Assembly: GCA_029263215.1 (NCBI GenBank) | Contig: JAJCXY010000040.1 | Span: 14,359 to 78,358, forward strand | DNA: 64,000 nt | Direction of reading: 5' to 3' | Source: Acidimicrobiales bacterium | Lineage (GTDB): Bacteria; Actinomycetota; Acidimicrobiia; Acidimicrobiales; Aldehydirespiratoraceae | Part shown: positions 8,956 to 18,134 of the stretch, piece after piece | How positions within the stretch are numbered: position 1 is the first letter of the stretch | Layout: each line of letters begins with the position of its first letter | Program-made: the position numbers and the translations under genes | The notes under the pieces: generated by a model | Seen by the model: only the letters and a program-made list of their open reading frames with translations | What the model was told of the DNA's origin: nothing | Database searches by the model: none

Positions 8956-9888
8956 ATGAGCAAGCTTCTCGAGGGCAAGGTTGCCCTCATCACCGGCGCA
9001 GGCCGCGGCATCGGCCGCGAACACGCCCTCATGATGGCCGAACACGGCGCCAAGGTCGTGGTCAACGATCTCGGCGGCGATGAGCACGGCGGCGGGGGCG
9101 ATCTCACCCCGGCTGCGGAAGTGGCGGCGGAGATCGAAGGCATGGGTGGTCAGGCCATCGTCAACGGAGGCAATGTCGCCAAGTACGACGACGCCAAGGC
9201 GATGATCGACCAGGCGATCGACACCTTCGGCGACATCAACATCGTGGTCAACAACGCCGGTATCTTGCGCGACCGCATGCTCTTCTCTCTCTCCGAAGAC
9301 GACTGGGACTCGGTGATCGGTGTGCACCTCAAGGGCACGTTCGGTCCGTCTCACCACGCAGCTGTCCACTGGCGCAACAAGGCCAAGGCGGGCGAGGAAA
9401 CCTACGGCCGCATCATCAACACCACATCACCGTCGGGGATCTACGGCAACGTCGGCCAGACCAACTACGGCGCGGCCAAGGCCGGCATCGCCGCCTTCTC
9501 GGTGATCGCGGCCCAGGAACTCGTCAAGTACGGGGTCACCGTCAACTGTCTCGCCCCCACCGCCTGGTCGCGGATGACCGCACCCCTGATGGGTGGCGAA
9601 GATGCCCCCGAGGAGCTCCGCGACAAGATCAGCCCCCGCTGGATCGCGGTGATCGCGGCATGGCTGGCCAGCCCGGAGGCCGCGAATGTGACCGGCCGGG
9701 TGTTCGACATCCGTGGCGAAACCCTCGGCATCGCCGAAGGTTGGCACCTCGGACCGTCGGCCACTCAACCCGACAACCCAGCCGAGCTGGGCCCGGTCAT
9801 CGCCGACCTCATGAGCAAGGCCCGCCTCAACGCGAGCATGGCCGGCACCGACCATGAGGGTCCGGGCTTCCCGGGCCAATCCATCTGA
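8956..9888 (+). CDS. SDR-family oxidoreductase (hydroxyacyl-CoA dehydrogenase-like)
   Basis: TGAGRGIGRE cofactor motif, NNAGI, and a YGAAK catalytic Tyr/Lys. AGGAGGGG Shine-Dalgarno upstream. Confidence 0.85.
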   Translation: MSKLLEGKVALITGAGRGIGREHALMMAEHGAKVVVNDLGGDEHGGGGDLTPAAEVAAEIEGMGGQAIVNGGNVAKYDDAKAMIDQAIDTFGDINIVVNNAGILRDRMLFSLSEDDWDSVIGVHLKGTFGPSHHAAVHWRNKAKAGEETYGRIINTTSPSGIYGNVGQTNYGAAKAGIAAFSVIAAQELVKYGVTVNCLAPTAWSRMTAPLMGGEDAPEELRDKISPRWIAVIAAWLASPEAANVTGRVFDIRGETLGIAEGWHLGPSATQPDNPAELGPVIADLMSKARLNASMAGTDHEGPGFPGQSI

Positions 9889-9918
9889 CGCCGGTGCCGG
9901 GTTGGGCCCGGGTCGTCG

Positions 9919-10575
9919 TCAGTAACTCACCTGGCAGAAGCCGTGATTGCAGTAGCCGCCGGGGTTTCGCTCCAGATACTGCTGGTGGTACTCCTCGGCG
10001 AAGTAGAAGGCGGGCGCGTCCACCACGGTGGTGGTGATCTCACCGTATTGAGCTTCGGTGAGCCGGCCCTGATAGTGGGCCACGCTGGCTTCGGCTGCCT
10101 CGCGCTGGGACTCTGAGCCGACATAGATCTCGCTGCGGTACTGGGTACCGATGTCGTGCCCCTGGCCCATGAACTGGGTGGGGTCGTGCACCTCCCAGAA
10201 CACCTTCAGTAGTTCGGCGTAGGAAACCACCGCGGGATCGAAAACCACCAGGGCGACCTCGTTGTGTCCGGTGCGCCCCGACGAGACCTCCTCGTAGCTC
10301 GGATTCGGGGTGTAGCCACCTGCGTACCCCACCGCAGTGGTGTACACGCCTTCGAGCTGCCAGAAGTAGCGCTCGGCCCCCCAGAAGCAGCCCATCCCGA
10401 ACAGGGCGGTCTCCATGCCCTCCGGGTAGGGACCTTCGAGAGGGGTGCCGAGTACCAGATGGGCTCCGGGCACCGCGATGGCTTCCGGGCGGCCTGGCAG
10501 GGCATCGGCCGGAGTCGGCATCTCCATCGCTTCGTTGTGACGTCCGAACAACATGTGGGGTCTCCTCGATCGCAC
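9919..10575 (-). CDS. msrA: Peptide-methionine (S)-S-oxide reductase
   Basis: [13 protein letters not shown] active-site motif and a HDPTQ...GTQYRS core. The start could instead be ATG 10554 or 10527. Confidence 0.92.
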   Translation of the reverse strand: MRSRRPHMLFGRHNEAMEMPTPADALPGRPEAIAVPGAHLVLGTPLEGPYPEGMETALFGMGCFWGAERYFWQLEGVYTTAVGYAGGYTPNPSYEEVSSGRTGHNEVALVVFDPAVVSYAELLKVFWEVHDPTQFMGQGHDIGTQYRSEIYVGSESQREAAEASVAHYQGRLTEAQYGEITTTVVDAPAFYFAEEYHQQYLERNPGGYCNHGFCQVSY

Positions 10576-10718
10576 TCGACCTTACGGGGAGGAAACGTCG
10601 CCGTGACTCGTTCCGTTCCCCGGAACTGGGTTTCCGTCAGTCTGGAACTCACTCCTTGTACTTCACTGACCACTCAATGCTACTGTTGAAGGTCCAGCTC
10701 GCACCCGGCTCAACCGGG

Positions 10719-13253
10719 TCATACGGACAAACGGGCGGCGTCACCGCTCAACGAGAGGGTGACGTCGCCCGCTGGGTCACGCGACGAGCGGGCGGCCACG
10801 ATCTTGTAGAGGCCGGGCTCGACATACCATCCCGGCTCGGTGCGATGGCTCCCACCCGTTCCGGCCGGCACTCGGTCGTCGGGTGCGATCCGTCCGTAGA
10901 CGGCGTCGCCGGAGTCGAAATAGGCAAAAGCCCTCGCCGGAAGCTCCAGATGTACCACAGTGGATTCACCCGGCTCCAGATAGACCTTGGCGAAAGCCTT
11001 CAGCTCCCTTACGGGCCTCGGCACAGCAGCATCGAGTGGCTCGACATAGAGCTGAACCACCTCGGATCCCGAACGGGATCCGGTGTTCGCGACCTCGACC
11101 TCCACAGTGATGTCGGATCCTGCACTGGCAGTGGTCACCGCGCGCGGCGCACTCATCGAGAACGTGGTGTAGCCGAGCCCAAAGCCGAAAGGCACCACCG
11201 GCTCGACATGCATGGCATCGTGCCATCGATGGCCACAAAGGACCCCCTCGCCGTAGCGAACCACGCTGTTCTCCCCCGGATAGTTGGGATAGGCCGCGAA
11301 CTGTTCGTAGTGGGCCCCAACGGTGGTAGCCGCCCGTCCACCGGGCTCAAGCTCCCCCAACAGCATGTCGACGAGGGCCTCACTCAGCTCCTGACCACCG
11401 AAACCGACACTGAGCACCGCCGCCGGCTCGTCGATCCAGTCGAGCGCGTGGGGGGCTCCGACATTGAGCACCACGATCGTGCGCGGGTTGGCCGCCACCA
11501 CCTGCCTGATCAGCTCAGGCTGATCGCCCGGTAGCTCCCACAGGTCACGGTCGCGGCCCTCGGTCTCCCAGTCGTCGTTGGTGCCGACCACCACCACCGC
11601 AATGTCGCTTTGCTCAGCCGCCGCAACGGCTCGGGCCATCAGGTCTTCATCGGCTCGGGCGACCACACCCACGACCACCCCACTGATCATGAAGGTGTCT
11701 CGATTGTCGAACTCCACCACCACAGTCGCGGCCTGGCCGGCCACCAGCTCGACTGCCGCGGTGTACTCGACGCTGCCCAGCCCGAAATAGGCGTCGCCCC
11801 TCTCGACATGACCCTCGGTGGCATCGATCACGACCTCTCCGTCGACCCACACACGGGCCCGGCCGCACTGGATCATCCGCACGTCGTGAACCCCGCTCAC
11901 CATGGGCACCACGCTTGCGGTGATCCGGCAACTCCAGACGTCGGCGGAAACCCCGGGGGCCGGTGCACCAGACGCAAAAACCTCGAGCCGATCCGTCTCG
12001 TCGGTGGCGACGACGTCGCCATGCAGGCCATGACCGTCGATGAACTCCACGAGGGCAGTCCCGTCGAGCAGGGGCTTGGTCAGCGCCGCGAGCGAGCGAT
12101 CGATGTGACAGCCCTTCTCGAACACCACATCGGTGTCGGCGAGACGACCTCGCAGGGCCTCGACCGGCGAGGTGGCGTGGTAGGCCTTCACCTTCGCCGA
12201 CCCTCCACCCATGGTGCGGGCCTCCACCGCGTTGGGTCCGATGACCGCCACCGAAGCGAACGCTGAAGGATCGAGGGGCAAGATCCCATCGTTGCGGAGC
12301 AACACCGACCCCGCGGCCGCGGCAGAACGCAGCAGGAGTCGATCCTCGGGACGGTCGAGGGTGTCCTCGGGCGTGACGGAGCTCACTTCCGACCCGAAAG
12401 CACCCGTGCGTTCCATCAGCAGCAACAGGTCGGCTACCAGAGGATCGACATCGCCGGCCTCGATCGTTCCCGCCTCGACCGCCTCACGCAGAGGCTCACC
12501 GTAGAAGCGGGCCGGCCCGGGCATCTCCAGCGAGCAGCCCGCCGCCACGCTCCCCTCGGCCGAGCCCGCCGCGAACCAATCGGTGACGACAAACCCGTCG
12601 AAGCCCCACTCGTCTCGCAGCACCGTTTGAAGAAGCCACGAGTGCTCCGCACAGTAGGTGCCGTTCAATCGGTTGTAGGCCGTCATGACACCCCACGCGC
12701 CGGCCTCCTTCACCACCATCTCGAAGGGCAGCAGTACCGTCTCCCGCATCGTGCGTTCGTCGATCTGCGAGTCGATGGTGTGCCTTTCGAACTCCGAGTC
12801 GTTGGCCACGAAGTGCTTCGTGGTGGTGGCCACTCCTTGGCTCTGAACCCCTCTCACGAAGGCGGCCGCCAACTTCCCGGTGAGGAGGGGATCCTCACTG
12901 AAACACTCGAAGTTGCGGCCCCCCTTCGGCGAACGGTGCAGGTTGACGGTGGGAGCCAGGAGAACATGGGCCTTCTTCGCTCGTGCTTCCTCCCCGAGCA
13001 GTACCCCGAGTCGCTCGACGAGATCGACGTCCCACATCGCTCCGAGACTCGAAGCCGACGGGATGCAGGCCGTGGGAGTACCGGTGCCGAGAGCTCCGTC
13101 GCCTCGCGAACCATTGGGGCCGTCGGTGACCTTCACCGAAGGCACACCCACCCTGTCGATCGCGTGGGTGTACCAGAAGCTGGCCCCACCGATGAGGGTC
13201 AACTTCTCCTCGAGGGTCAACTCCACCATGAGCGCGTTCATCTGATCGGTCAC
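10719..13253 (-). CDS. Glycoside hydrolase family 3 beta-glucosidase with a PA14-like insert
   Basis: GH3 N-terminal motifs (KVTDGPNGSRG, HFVANDSE, GFVVTDW). A central PA14-like segment is followed by a C-terminal FnIII-like domain (EVVQLYV). Confidence 0.9.
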   Translation of the reverse strand: MTDQMNALMVELTLEEKLTLIGGASFWYTHAIDRVGVPSVKVTDGPNGSRGDGALGTGTPTACIPSASSLGAMWDVDLVERLGVLLGEEARAKKAHVLLAPTVNLHRSPKGGRNFECFSEDPLLTGKLAAAFVRGVQSQGVATTTKHFVANDSEFERHTIDSQIDERTMRETVLLPFEMVVKEAGAWGVMTAYNRLNGTYCAEHSWLLQTVLRDEWGFDGFVVTDWFAAGSAEGSVAAGCSLEMPGPARFYGEPLREAVEAGTIEAGDVDPLVADLLLLMERTGAFGSEVSSVTPEDTLDRPEDRLLLRSAAAAGSVLLRNDGILPLDPSAFASVAVIGPNAVEARTMGGGSAKVKAYHATSPVEALRGRLADTDVVFEKGCHIDRSLAALTKPLLDGTALVEFIDGHGLHGDVVATDETDRLEVFASGAPAPGVSADVWSCRITASVVPMVSGVHDVRMIQCGRARVWVDGEVVIDATEGHVERGDAYFGLGSVEYTAAVELVAGQAATVVVEFDNRDTFMISGVVVGVVARADEDLMARAVAAAEQSDIAVVVVGTNDDWETEGRDRDLWELPGDQPELIRQVVAANPRTIVVLNVGAPHALDWIDEPAAVLSVGFGGQELSEALVDMLLGELEPGGRAATTVGAHYEQFAAYPNYPGENSVVRYGEGVLCGHRWHDAMHVEPVVPFGFGLGYTTFSMSAPRAVTTASAGSDITVEVEVANTGSRSGSEVVQLYVEPLDAAVPRPVRELKAFAKVYLEPGESTVVHLELPARAFAYFDSGDAVYGRIAPDDRVPAGTGGSHRTEPGWYVEPGLYKIVAARSSRDPAGDVTLSLSGDAARLSV

Positions 13254-13283
13254 GGCGCCGATCCTCTCACACCAGCTCCCCGA

Positions 13284-14450
13284 TCAGGGCTGAGGAATCT
13301 GGAACCCTCGGGCGACTTCGGGCCGACGCAGCTTCCAGATCAGGCCGTCGTAGAAGAGATGCAGAGCCCCGAGGGTCAGGAACACGAATGCGTACACCTC
13401 GTAGCTGGTGAAGCTCCTCAGGACGAAGATCAAGGTGGCGATGACAACTCCATAGACCACGACGATCCCCAAGGGTCCGAGCGGGCTGCGTACGGCTCGC
13501 CCCAGGGGGGCACCGTCGTCGGTGGCCTCGTCGGGATAACGATCGCCGAGGTGGTTGTGAACGATCAGGAAGTACTCCGCGGCGTGGGACCCCACATAAC
13601 CGACGAACCCCGCTATCGGCGAAATTATCGTGAGCCCGATCAGGACGGTGGTGGACGCGAGATACACCCACTTCGCCGGATTGACCTGCTCAGAAGCAAG
13701 CTCCTGACGGACCCACGACCACAGCAGAACGGCCACGATCACAGCCATTATGGGAAGAATCCATCGGGCCGCAGGCGCCGCATCGGTGAGTACCGAGAGG
13801 CCTCGCTGGTTGCGGCCGCCCAATCCCGCATCCGCAACCCTGTCGGGTGTCGCCGAGTCTGCCGCCGCTACCACCAACGCCAGGATCAGCAACGACCAGA
13901 GGAGTCGATGCTCGATCGTGCCATCGGATTGGCCGACCTTGCGGCCGTAGATCCGGGTTATGCCGTAGCGCTGCTGAAGGGTGTGGCCCGCGTTCCACAC
14001 CGCCGCGATCACCGCGATCACGACCGGGTCGAGCTGGAGTCCGACCAGCACGGCAACCACAAATACCGCCGGGGTGATCGCGAAGATCACCGGCCTCGAC
14101 TTGTAGACGTGAGCGTCGCCATACACCAGCGGCACCGTGAGCGACTGGTGTGATACCGAGAAGAGCAGGGTGGCCCCCACCAGCCACTCGATGCGATCGA
14201 CATCACCGGCCCAGATCAGGGCCAGGAAAGAAAAGGGCACCCACGCCAGAGACATCGCAACGTCCCACAGCGGCCCCCGGATCCAGCGCGTGGTAGCGCG
14301 CGGCCGGATCGGAGGTGACGTGACTTCTGGCTCGATGCTCTGCACTCCGAACACATTGCCACTCCCAACGCTCAGGTCAAGGGGCATAACTGGGCCATCT
14401 GACCCAGCACAACGAGGAATTTGGGTCTGACGGCCCCTGCTGTCGGCCAT
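13284..14450 (-). CDS. Polytopic membrane protein, unknown function, with His-containing motifs
   Basis: About 9-10 hydrophobic segments. Recurrent His motifs: SVSHQS, WNAGHTLQQRYG, GSHAAEYFLIVHNH, LHLFYDGLIWK. The start is uncertain; ATG 14387 is an alternative. Confidence 0.5.
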   Translation of the reverse strand: MADSRGRQTQIPRCAGSDGPVMPLDLSVGSGNVFGVQSIEPEVTSPPIRPRATTRWIRGPLWDVAMSLAWVPFSFLALIWAGDVDRIEWLVGATLLFSVSHQSLTVPLVYGDAHVYKSRPVIFAITPAVFVVAVLVGLQLDPVVIAVIAAVWNAGHTLQQRYGITRIYGRKVGQSDGTIEHRLLWSLLILALVVAAADSATPDRVADAGLGGRNQRGLSVLTDAAPAARWILPIMAVIVAVLLWSWVRQELASEQVNPAKWVYLASTTVLIGLTIISPIAGFVGYVGSHAAEYFLIVHNHLGDRYPDEATDDGAPLGRAVRSPLGPLGIVVVYGVVIATLIFVLRSFTSYEVYAFVFLTLGALHLFYDGLIWKLRRPEVARGFQIPQP

Positions 14451-14528
14451 CTTCCTCTACACCTCGGGGCCTGGCGATCCGATGCACAGGGCGGGAGTGC
14501 CCCGGACCGAGACCCAGGGAGGTGTCGG

Positions 14529-15554
14529 ATGCTCGAACCAACCAACAGCGTGTATCTCGACCCTCCCCGGTCGCCCCGCGTCGCCCCGACCCCGAGAAGC
14601 ACCCACCGCGGGCGCGCTGTCGTCGCCGGCGTATTCATATTCGTCGGCCTGCTGAGTCTCACCGTGGCTGCGACGCTGAGTGGACTCCGGGCCATGGTCC
14701 ACGATTCCGAAGCGCTGAGCGACGCCATCGACACCACCCTCGACGAACCCGTCGTCCAAGAAGAAATCGAGCGCGAAATCGCCGACGCCATCGAGAAGGG
14801 TCTCCTCGACCTGGACGACAATGCGCTGGTGACCGTCGTCGGACTCGAAGTCTCCGTAGAAGTCGAGCGGCTTGCTCCCCTGGTGATCGCCGACCCGGCC
14901 TTCCGCGCCGAATTGAGAGCCATCTTCATCGAAGGCCACCAACGGATCCTGTTCGAGCCGTCGACCGCCACCCTCGACTTCTCCCCCATCACCGCGGCCG
15001 TCCTCGGTGTCATCGAGCGCGAGTCGCCCGAACTCGCCCGGATCGTGCCCGACGAAAACCTGCTCCTCACGATCGATGGCGATCGCCTGCCAGACCTCAC
15101 CGCGCCGGTGGCCGGCCTCGATCGCGCCCTGATGATCGCGCTTGTGTTCTCACTCGCCATCCCGCTCGCCGCGATCATTCACCCCCATCGCCATCGGGTG
15201 CTTGCCTGGGTCGGTCGCTGGCTCATCACCGCCGGCATGGCCGGTGGCCTGGCCGCGGTCGGCTTGCCCTACCTGGCAGGAAACCTCTCGGGCTACACCG
15301 CGGTGGAGGTCGCGGTGAGGGCCCTCACCGTGCGCCTTCTCGGCCCCGCGGTGGTGGCCGGCATCGTCGGCATGGTGATGGTGTCCGCCGCTGCAGTTCT
15401 GAAGAGCCGGGAACGACGCCGAATCGCCGACGAGGGCGCCGCCGCCGCCTTGGGTGTCCACGAGCCGCCACTCATCACGACCCAGGCGAGTCCTCAGCTG
15501 GAGCTCAGCCAGCGGGGACTGGTGGACGCGGGCCGCCCCCTCACCGATATCTGA
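14529..15554 (+). CDS. Membrane protein, unknown function
   Basis: ATG 14529 is preceded by a GGGAGG Shine-Dalgarno. One N-terminal TM, an acidic extracytoplasmic region, then 3-4 C-terminal TMs. Confidence 0.5.
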   Translation: MLEPTNSVYLDPPRSPRVAPTPRSTHRGRAVVAGVFIFVGLLSLTVAATLSGLRAMVHDSEALSDAIDTTLDEPVVQEEIEREIADAIEKGLLDLDDNALVTVVGLEVSVEVERLAPLVIADPAFRAELRAIFIEGHQRILFEPSTATLDFSPITAAVLGVIERESPELARIVPDENLLLTIDGDRLPDLTAPVAGLDRALMIALVFSLAIPLAAIIHPHRHRVLAWVGRWLITAGMAGGLAAVGLPYLAGNLSGYTAVEVAVRALTVRLLGPAVVAGIVGMVMVSAAAVLKSRERRRIADEGAAAALGVHEPPLITTQASPQLELSQRGLVDAGRPLTDI

Positions 15555-15665
15555 GATCCAACCGGGCCCAACATTCAGGCGCCCGGGTCGGCCCTCGCTC
15601 ACGTGAGCACCTAGCCTGCCGATGGCCTTCGGGAAGGCGGCATCCTTGAGAGGACGGACTTACCG

Positions 15666-16832
15666 ATGAAACGATTGAGCGCGGCGCTTGGCGTCATGGC
15701 TATTTTCGCGGCATCCTGCGGCAGCGATGCGAGCGACGTACTACAGGAGCTGGGGTTATCCGCAGCTGAAGCGGATTGCTTCGCCAGCGAGTACGAGGCC
15801 CGAGACCTCGATATCGATCGGGTGCTTCGCGCCGACGAAGGCGAATTGACCGACGCCGAGCAGCAAGCGGTTGTGGAGGTGGCGAGTGCCTGTGTAGGCG
15901 GAGGTGCCGATGCCGACAACGGCGGCGACTCCGACGACGGCTCCAGCAATACCGACCCATCCGATACCACCCCGCCCGACTCCGACACCAGCGACGACCC
16001 CGACCCCAAGAGCAGTGCTCTCAGCTACGACGATCTGAGCTTGTTCGAGCAAGCCTTCGCCGACGGCATGATCGAAGAAGGTGTATCCACAGAGGCTGCG
16101 GTATGCATCATCAACGAGTTCGGGGCCGCTGGCATCAGCCTCCTGGAGTTCATGGATATCGACTCCGCCGATGAGCCCACCGACGAGATGCTCGCCGCGA
16201 TCTTTCGCTGCGGCGACGAGCTGATCGACGCCGGTGCATTCGACTTCAGCAACCCCGATCCTGTCACCGATGCCAGCACCTACGGAGACGATCCGGAGAT
16301 GGACCTGCTCTGGGACATGTGCGAGTTCGGCGACGGCGAAGCCTGCGACGAGCTCTTCTTCATCTCTCCCTTCGGGAGCGACTACGAGGAGTTCGGCAAC
16401 ACCTGCGGCTTCCGCTTCGAGCCGAGCACCGTATTGTGTGCCGATGAGCTGGGGGGCTCCACGGGCGGGTCGGCCTATGGAGACGATCCCCTTCTCGACA
16501 GCCTCTACGACGAGTGCAGCGCGGGAAACATGCTGTCGTGCGACAACCTCTATCTCGAGTCCCCGATCGACTCGGAGTACGAGACTTACGGCAGCACCTG
16601 CGGCGGCGTGGAGCCCGACACCTTCGGGGGATGCGCGACCGATCCCATGTTCTACGGCGACGACGTGTATTTCGACGGCCTCTACGACTCGTGTGGCGAT
16701 GGCGATATGGCCGCCTGCGACGAGCTCTACATCTTTTCCGCGGTGGGCTCCGAATACGAGACCTTCGGCAACCTCTGTGGTGAGATCACCACCACAGAAG
16801 AGTTCGGTAGCTGCGAAGCGGTCTACGGCTAA
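15666..16832 (+). CDS. Acidic lipoprotein with three tandem Cys-containing repeats of about 55 aa
   Basis: Lipobox FAASCG. Three repeats of YGDDxxxDxL(W/Y)DxCxxGxxxxCDxL(F/Y)xxSxxxS(D/E)YExxGxxCG...C. Confidence 0.65.
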   Translation: MKRLSAALGVMAIFAASCGSDASDVLQELGLSAAEADCFASEYEARDLDIDRVLRADEGELTDAEQQAVVEVASACVGGGADADNGGDSDDGSSNTDPSDTTPPDSDTSDDPDPKSSALSYDDLSLFEQAFADGMIEEGVSTEAAVCIINEFGAAGISLLEFMDIDSADEPTDEMLAAIFRCGDELIDAGAFDFSNPDPVTDASTYGDDPEMDLLWDMCEFGDGEACDELFFISPFGSDYEEFGNTCGFRFEPSTVLCADELGGSTGGSAYGDDPLLDSLYDECSAGNMLSCDNLYLESPIDSEYETYGSTCGGVEPDTFGGCATDPMFYGDDVYFDGLYDSCGDGDMAACDELYIFSAVGSEYETFGNLCGEITTTEEFGSCEAVYG

Positions 16833-16841
16833 CCCGTAGCT

Positions 16842-17342
16842 CTACAGGTCGGACCGCTCCGCGGCCGGCTTGTGGAGTTCGAACGCGCCGTGCAGCACAG
16901 ATACGGCGCTTTCCGCTTCGGCCTCACGCACCACACACGAGATGCGGATGGCCGAGGTGGAAATCATCTCGATATTGATCCCGGCTGTCGACAATGTCTC
17001 GAACATGGTGGCGGCGACACCGGGGTTCGTCTGCATGCCTGCACCTATGAGGCTGACCCGGGCGATCTCGTCGTCGGTGATCGACCCGGTTGCGCCGATC
17101 TCTTCCACGATCGCCTCCACGGTGGCCGTGGCGGTAGGGGTCTGCTCGTGGGGCAGGGTGAAGCTGATGTCGGTGGACCCCTTGGCCGAGACGTTCTGCA
17201 CGATCATGTCCACATTGACGTCGGCGTCGGCCAGCGCCCGGAAGAGTTGGGCGGCGACACCGGGGCGGTCAGATACCCCCGACACCGTCATCTTGGCCTC
17301 GGACGTGTCGTGGGTGACGGCAGAGATGATGGCGCTTTCCAT
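16842..17342 (-). CDS. lysC: Candidate in-frame internal start giving the aspartate kinase beta (ACT-domain) subunit
   Basis: The minus-strand sense reads GAGGAGGAAAAC ATG GAA AGC (codon 246, MESAIISAV), a strong Shine-Dalgarno 5 nt before an in-frame ATG at the ACT-domain boundary. Corynebacterium lysC alpha/beta has the same arrangement. Confidence 0.5.
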   Translation of the reverse strand: MESAIISAVTHDTSEAKMTVSGVSDRPGVAAQLFRALADADVNVDMIVQNVSAKGSTDISFTLPHEQTPTATATVEAIVEEIGATGSITDDEIARVSLIGAGMQTNPGVAATMFETLSTAGINIEMISTSAIRISCVVREAEAESAVSVLHGAFELHKPAAERSDL

Positions 17343-18077
17343 GTTTTCCTCCTCGGTGACCCACGTGCCCGGCACCCAGCTGAAGGCGCTCCTGACGTGG
17401 AGCCGCACCCCGAAGGTGCGGGCGAGTTCGACCGACCGCATGGCCGGTTTGGGACAACCGGTGGCGGTCATCTCCAGAAGTTCATCGAACGAGATCTGAT
17501 CCATCTTGCGGGCCTCGGACACGACACGCGGGTCGGTCGTGAACACGCCGGGAACGTCGGTGTAGAGCTCACAGGCATCGGCACCCAATGCGTGAGCCAG
17601 CGCCACAGCGGTGGTGTCGGAGCCGCCCCGACCGAAGAAGGTGACATCGCGATCGGCCGACACTCCCTGGCTGCCTCCCACCACCGGAACCCGCCCCTCG
17701 TCGAGGCTCGCCTGGATACGCCCGGGCCGCACATCGAGAATCTTGGCGTTGCGATGGATCGTGTCGGTGATGAATCCGGCCTGGCTCCCGGTGAACGAAT
17801 CCGAATCGATGCCGCGATCGTTCAGGGCCATCGACACGAGGGCGCACGCCTTGCGCTCGCCGCCGGTGATGAGCATGTCCATCTCGCGGCCGGGCTTGGT
17901 GGTGGACACCTGATCAGCGAGTCGGAGGAGGTCGTCGGTTTCCTTGCCCATCGCCGACACCACGAGCACCACCTGATCGCCACGCTTACGGCAGCGGACG
18001 ACGTGATCGGCTACTTCGCGGATTCGATCCGGATCGCCGACCGAAGTGCCGCCGAACTTCTGTACGAGCAGGGCCAC
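16842..18077 (-). CDS. lysC: Aspartate kinase (alpha subunit)
   Basis: Starts MALLVQKFGGTSV. Also has GGSDTTAVALA and two C-terminal ACT domains. Confidence 0.95.
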   Translation of the reverse strand: MALLVQKFGGTSVGDPDRIREVADHVVRCRKRGDQVVLVVSAMGKETDDLLRLADQVSTTKPGREMDMLITGGERKACALVSMALNDRGIDSDSFTGSQAGFITDTIHRNAKILDVRPGRIQASLDEGRVPVVGGSQGVSADRDVTFFGRGGSDTTAVALAHALGADACELYTDVPGVFTTDPRVVSEARKMDQISFDELLEMTATGCPKPAMRSVELARTFGVRLHVRSAFSWVPGTWVTEEENMESAIISAVTHDTSEAKMTVSGVSDRPGVAAQLFRALADADVNVDMIVQNVSAKGSTDISFTLPHEQTPTATATVEAIVEEIGATGSITDDEIARVSLIGAGMQTNPGVAATMFETLSTAGINIEMISTSAIRISCVVREAEAESAVSVLHGAFELHKPAAERSDL

Positions 18078-18134
18078 GATCAGTGAGGTTATCCGAGCCG
18101 GCGATGCCCAACGTCGCGATTTGCGGCGCCGGAT

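Noticed and set aside
12627-14153. 508-aa plus-strand ORF
   Set aside because: It is antisense to the GH3 gene and to the membrane-protein gene and spans their intergenic gap. The composition is low-complexity and Arg/His/Gly-rich. It is a shadow ORF.
16872-18086. 404-aa plus-strand ORF opposite lysC
   Set aside because: It is an antisense shadow of aspartate kinase with no motifs.
18078-18134. Lysine riboswitch or leader upstream of lysC
   Set aside because: The spacer is only 57 nt, far shorter than an L-box, and no conserved elements were seen.
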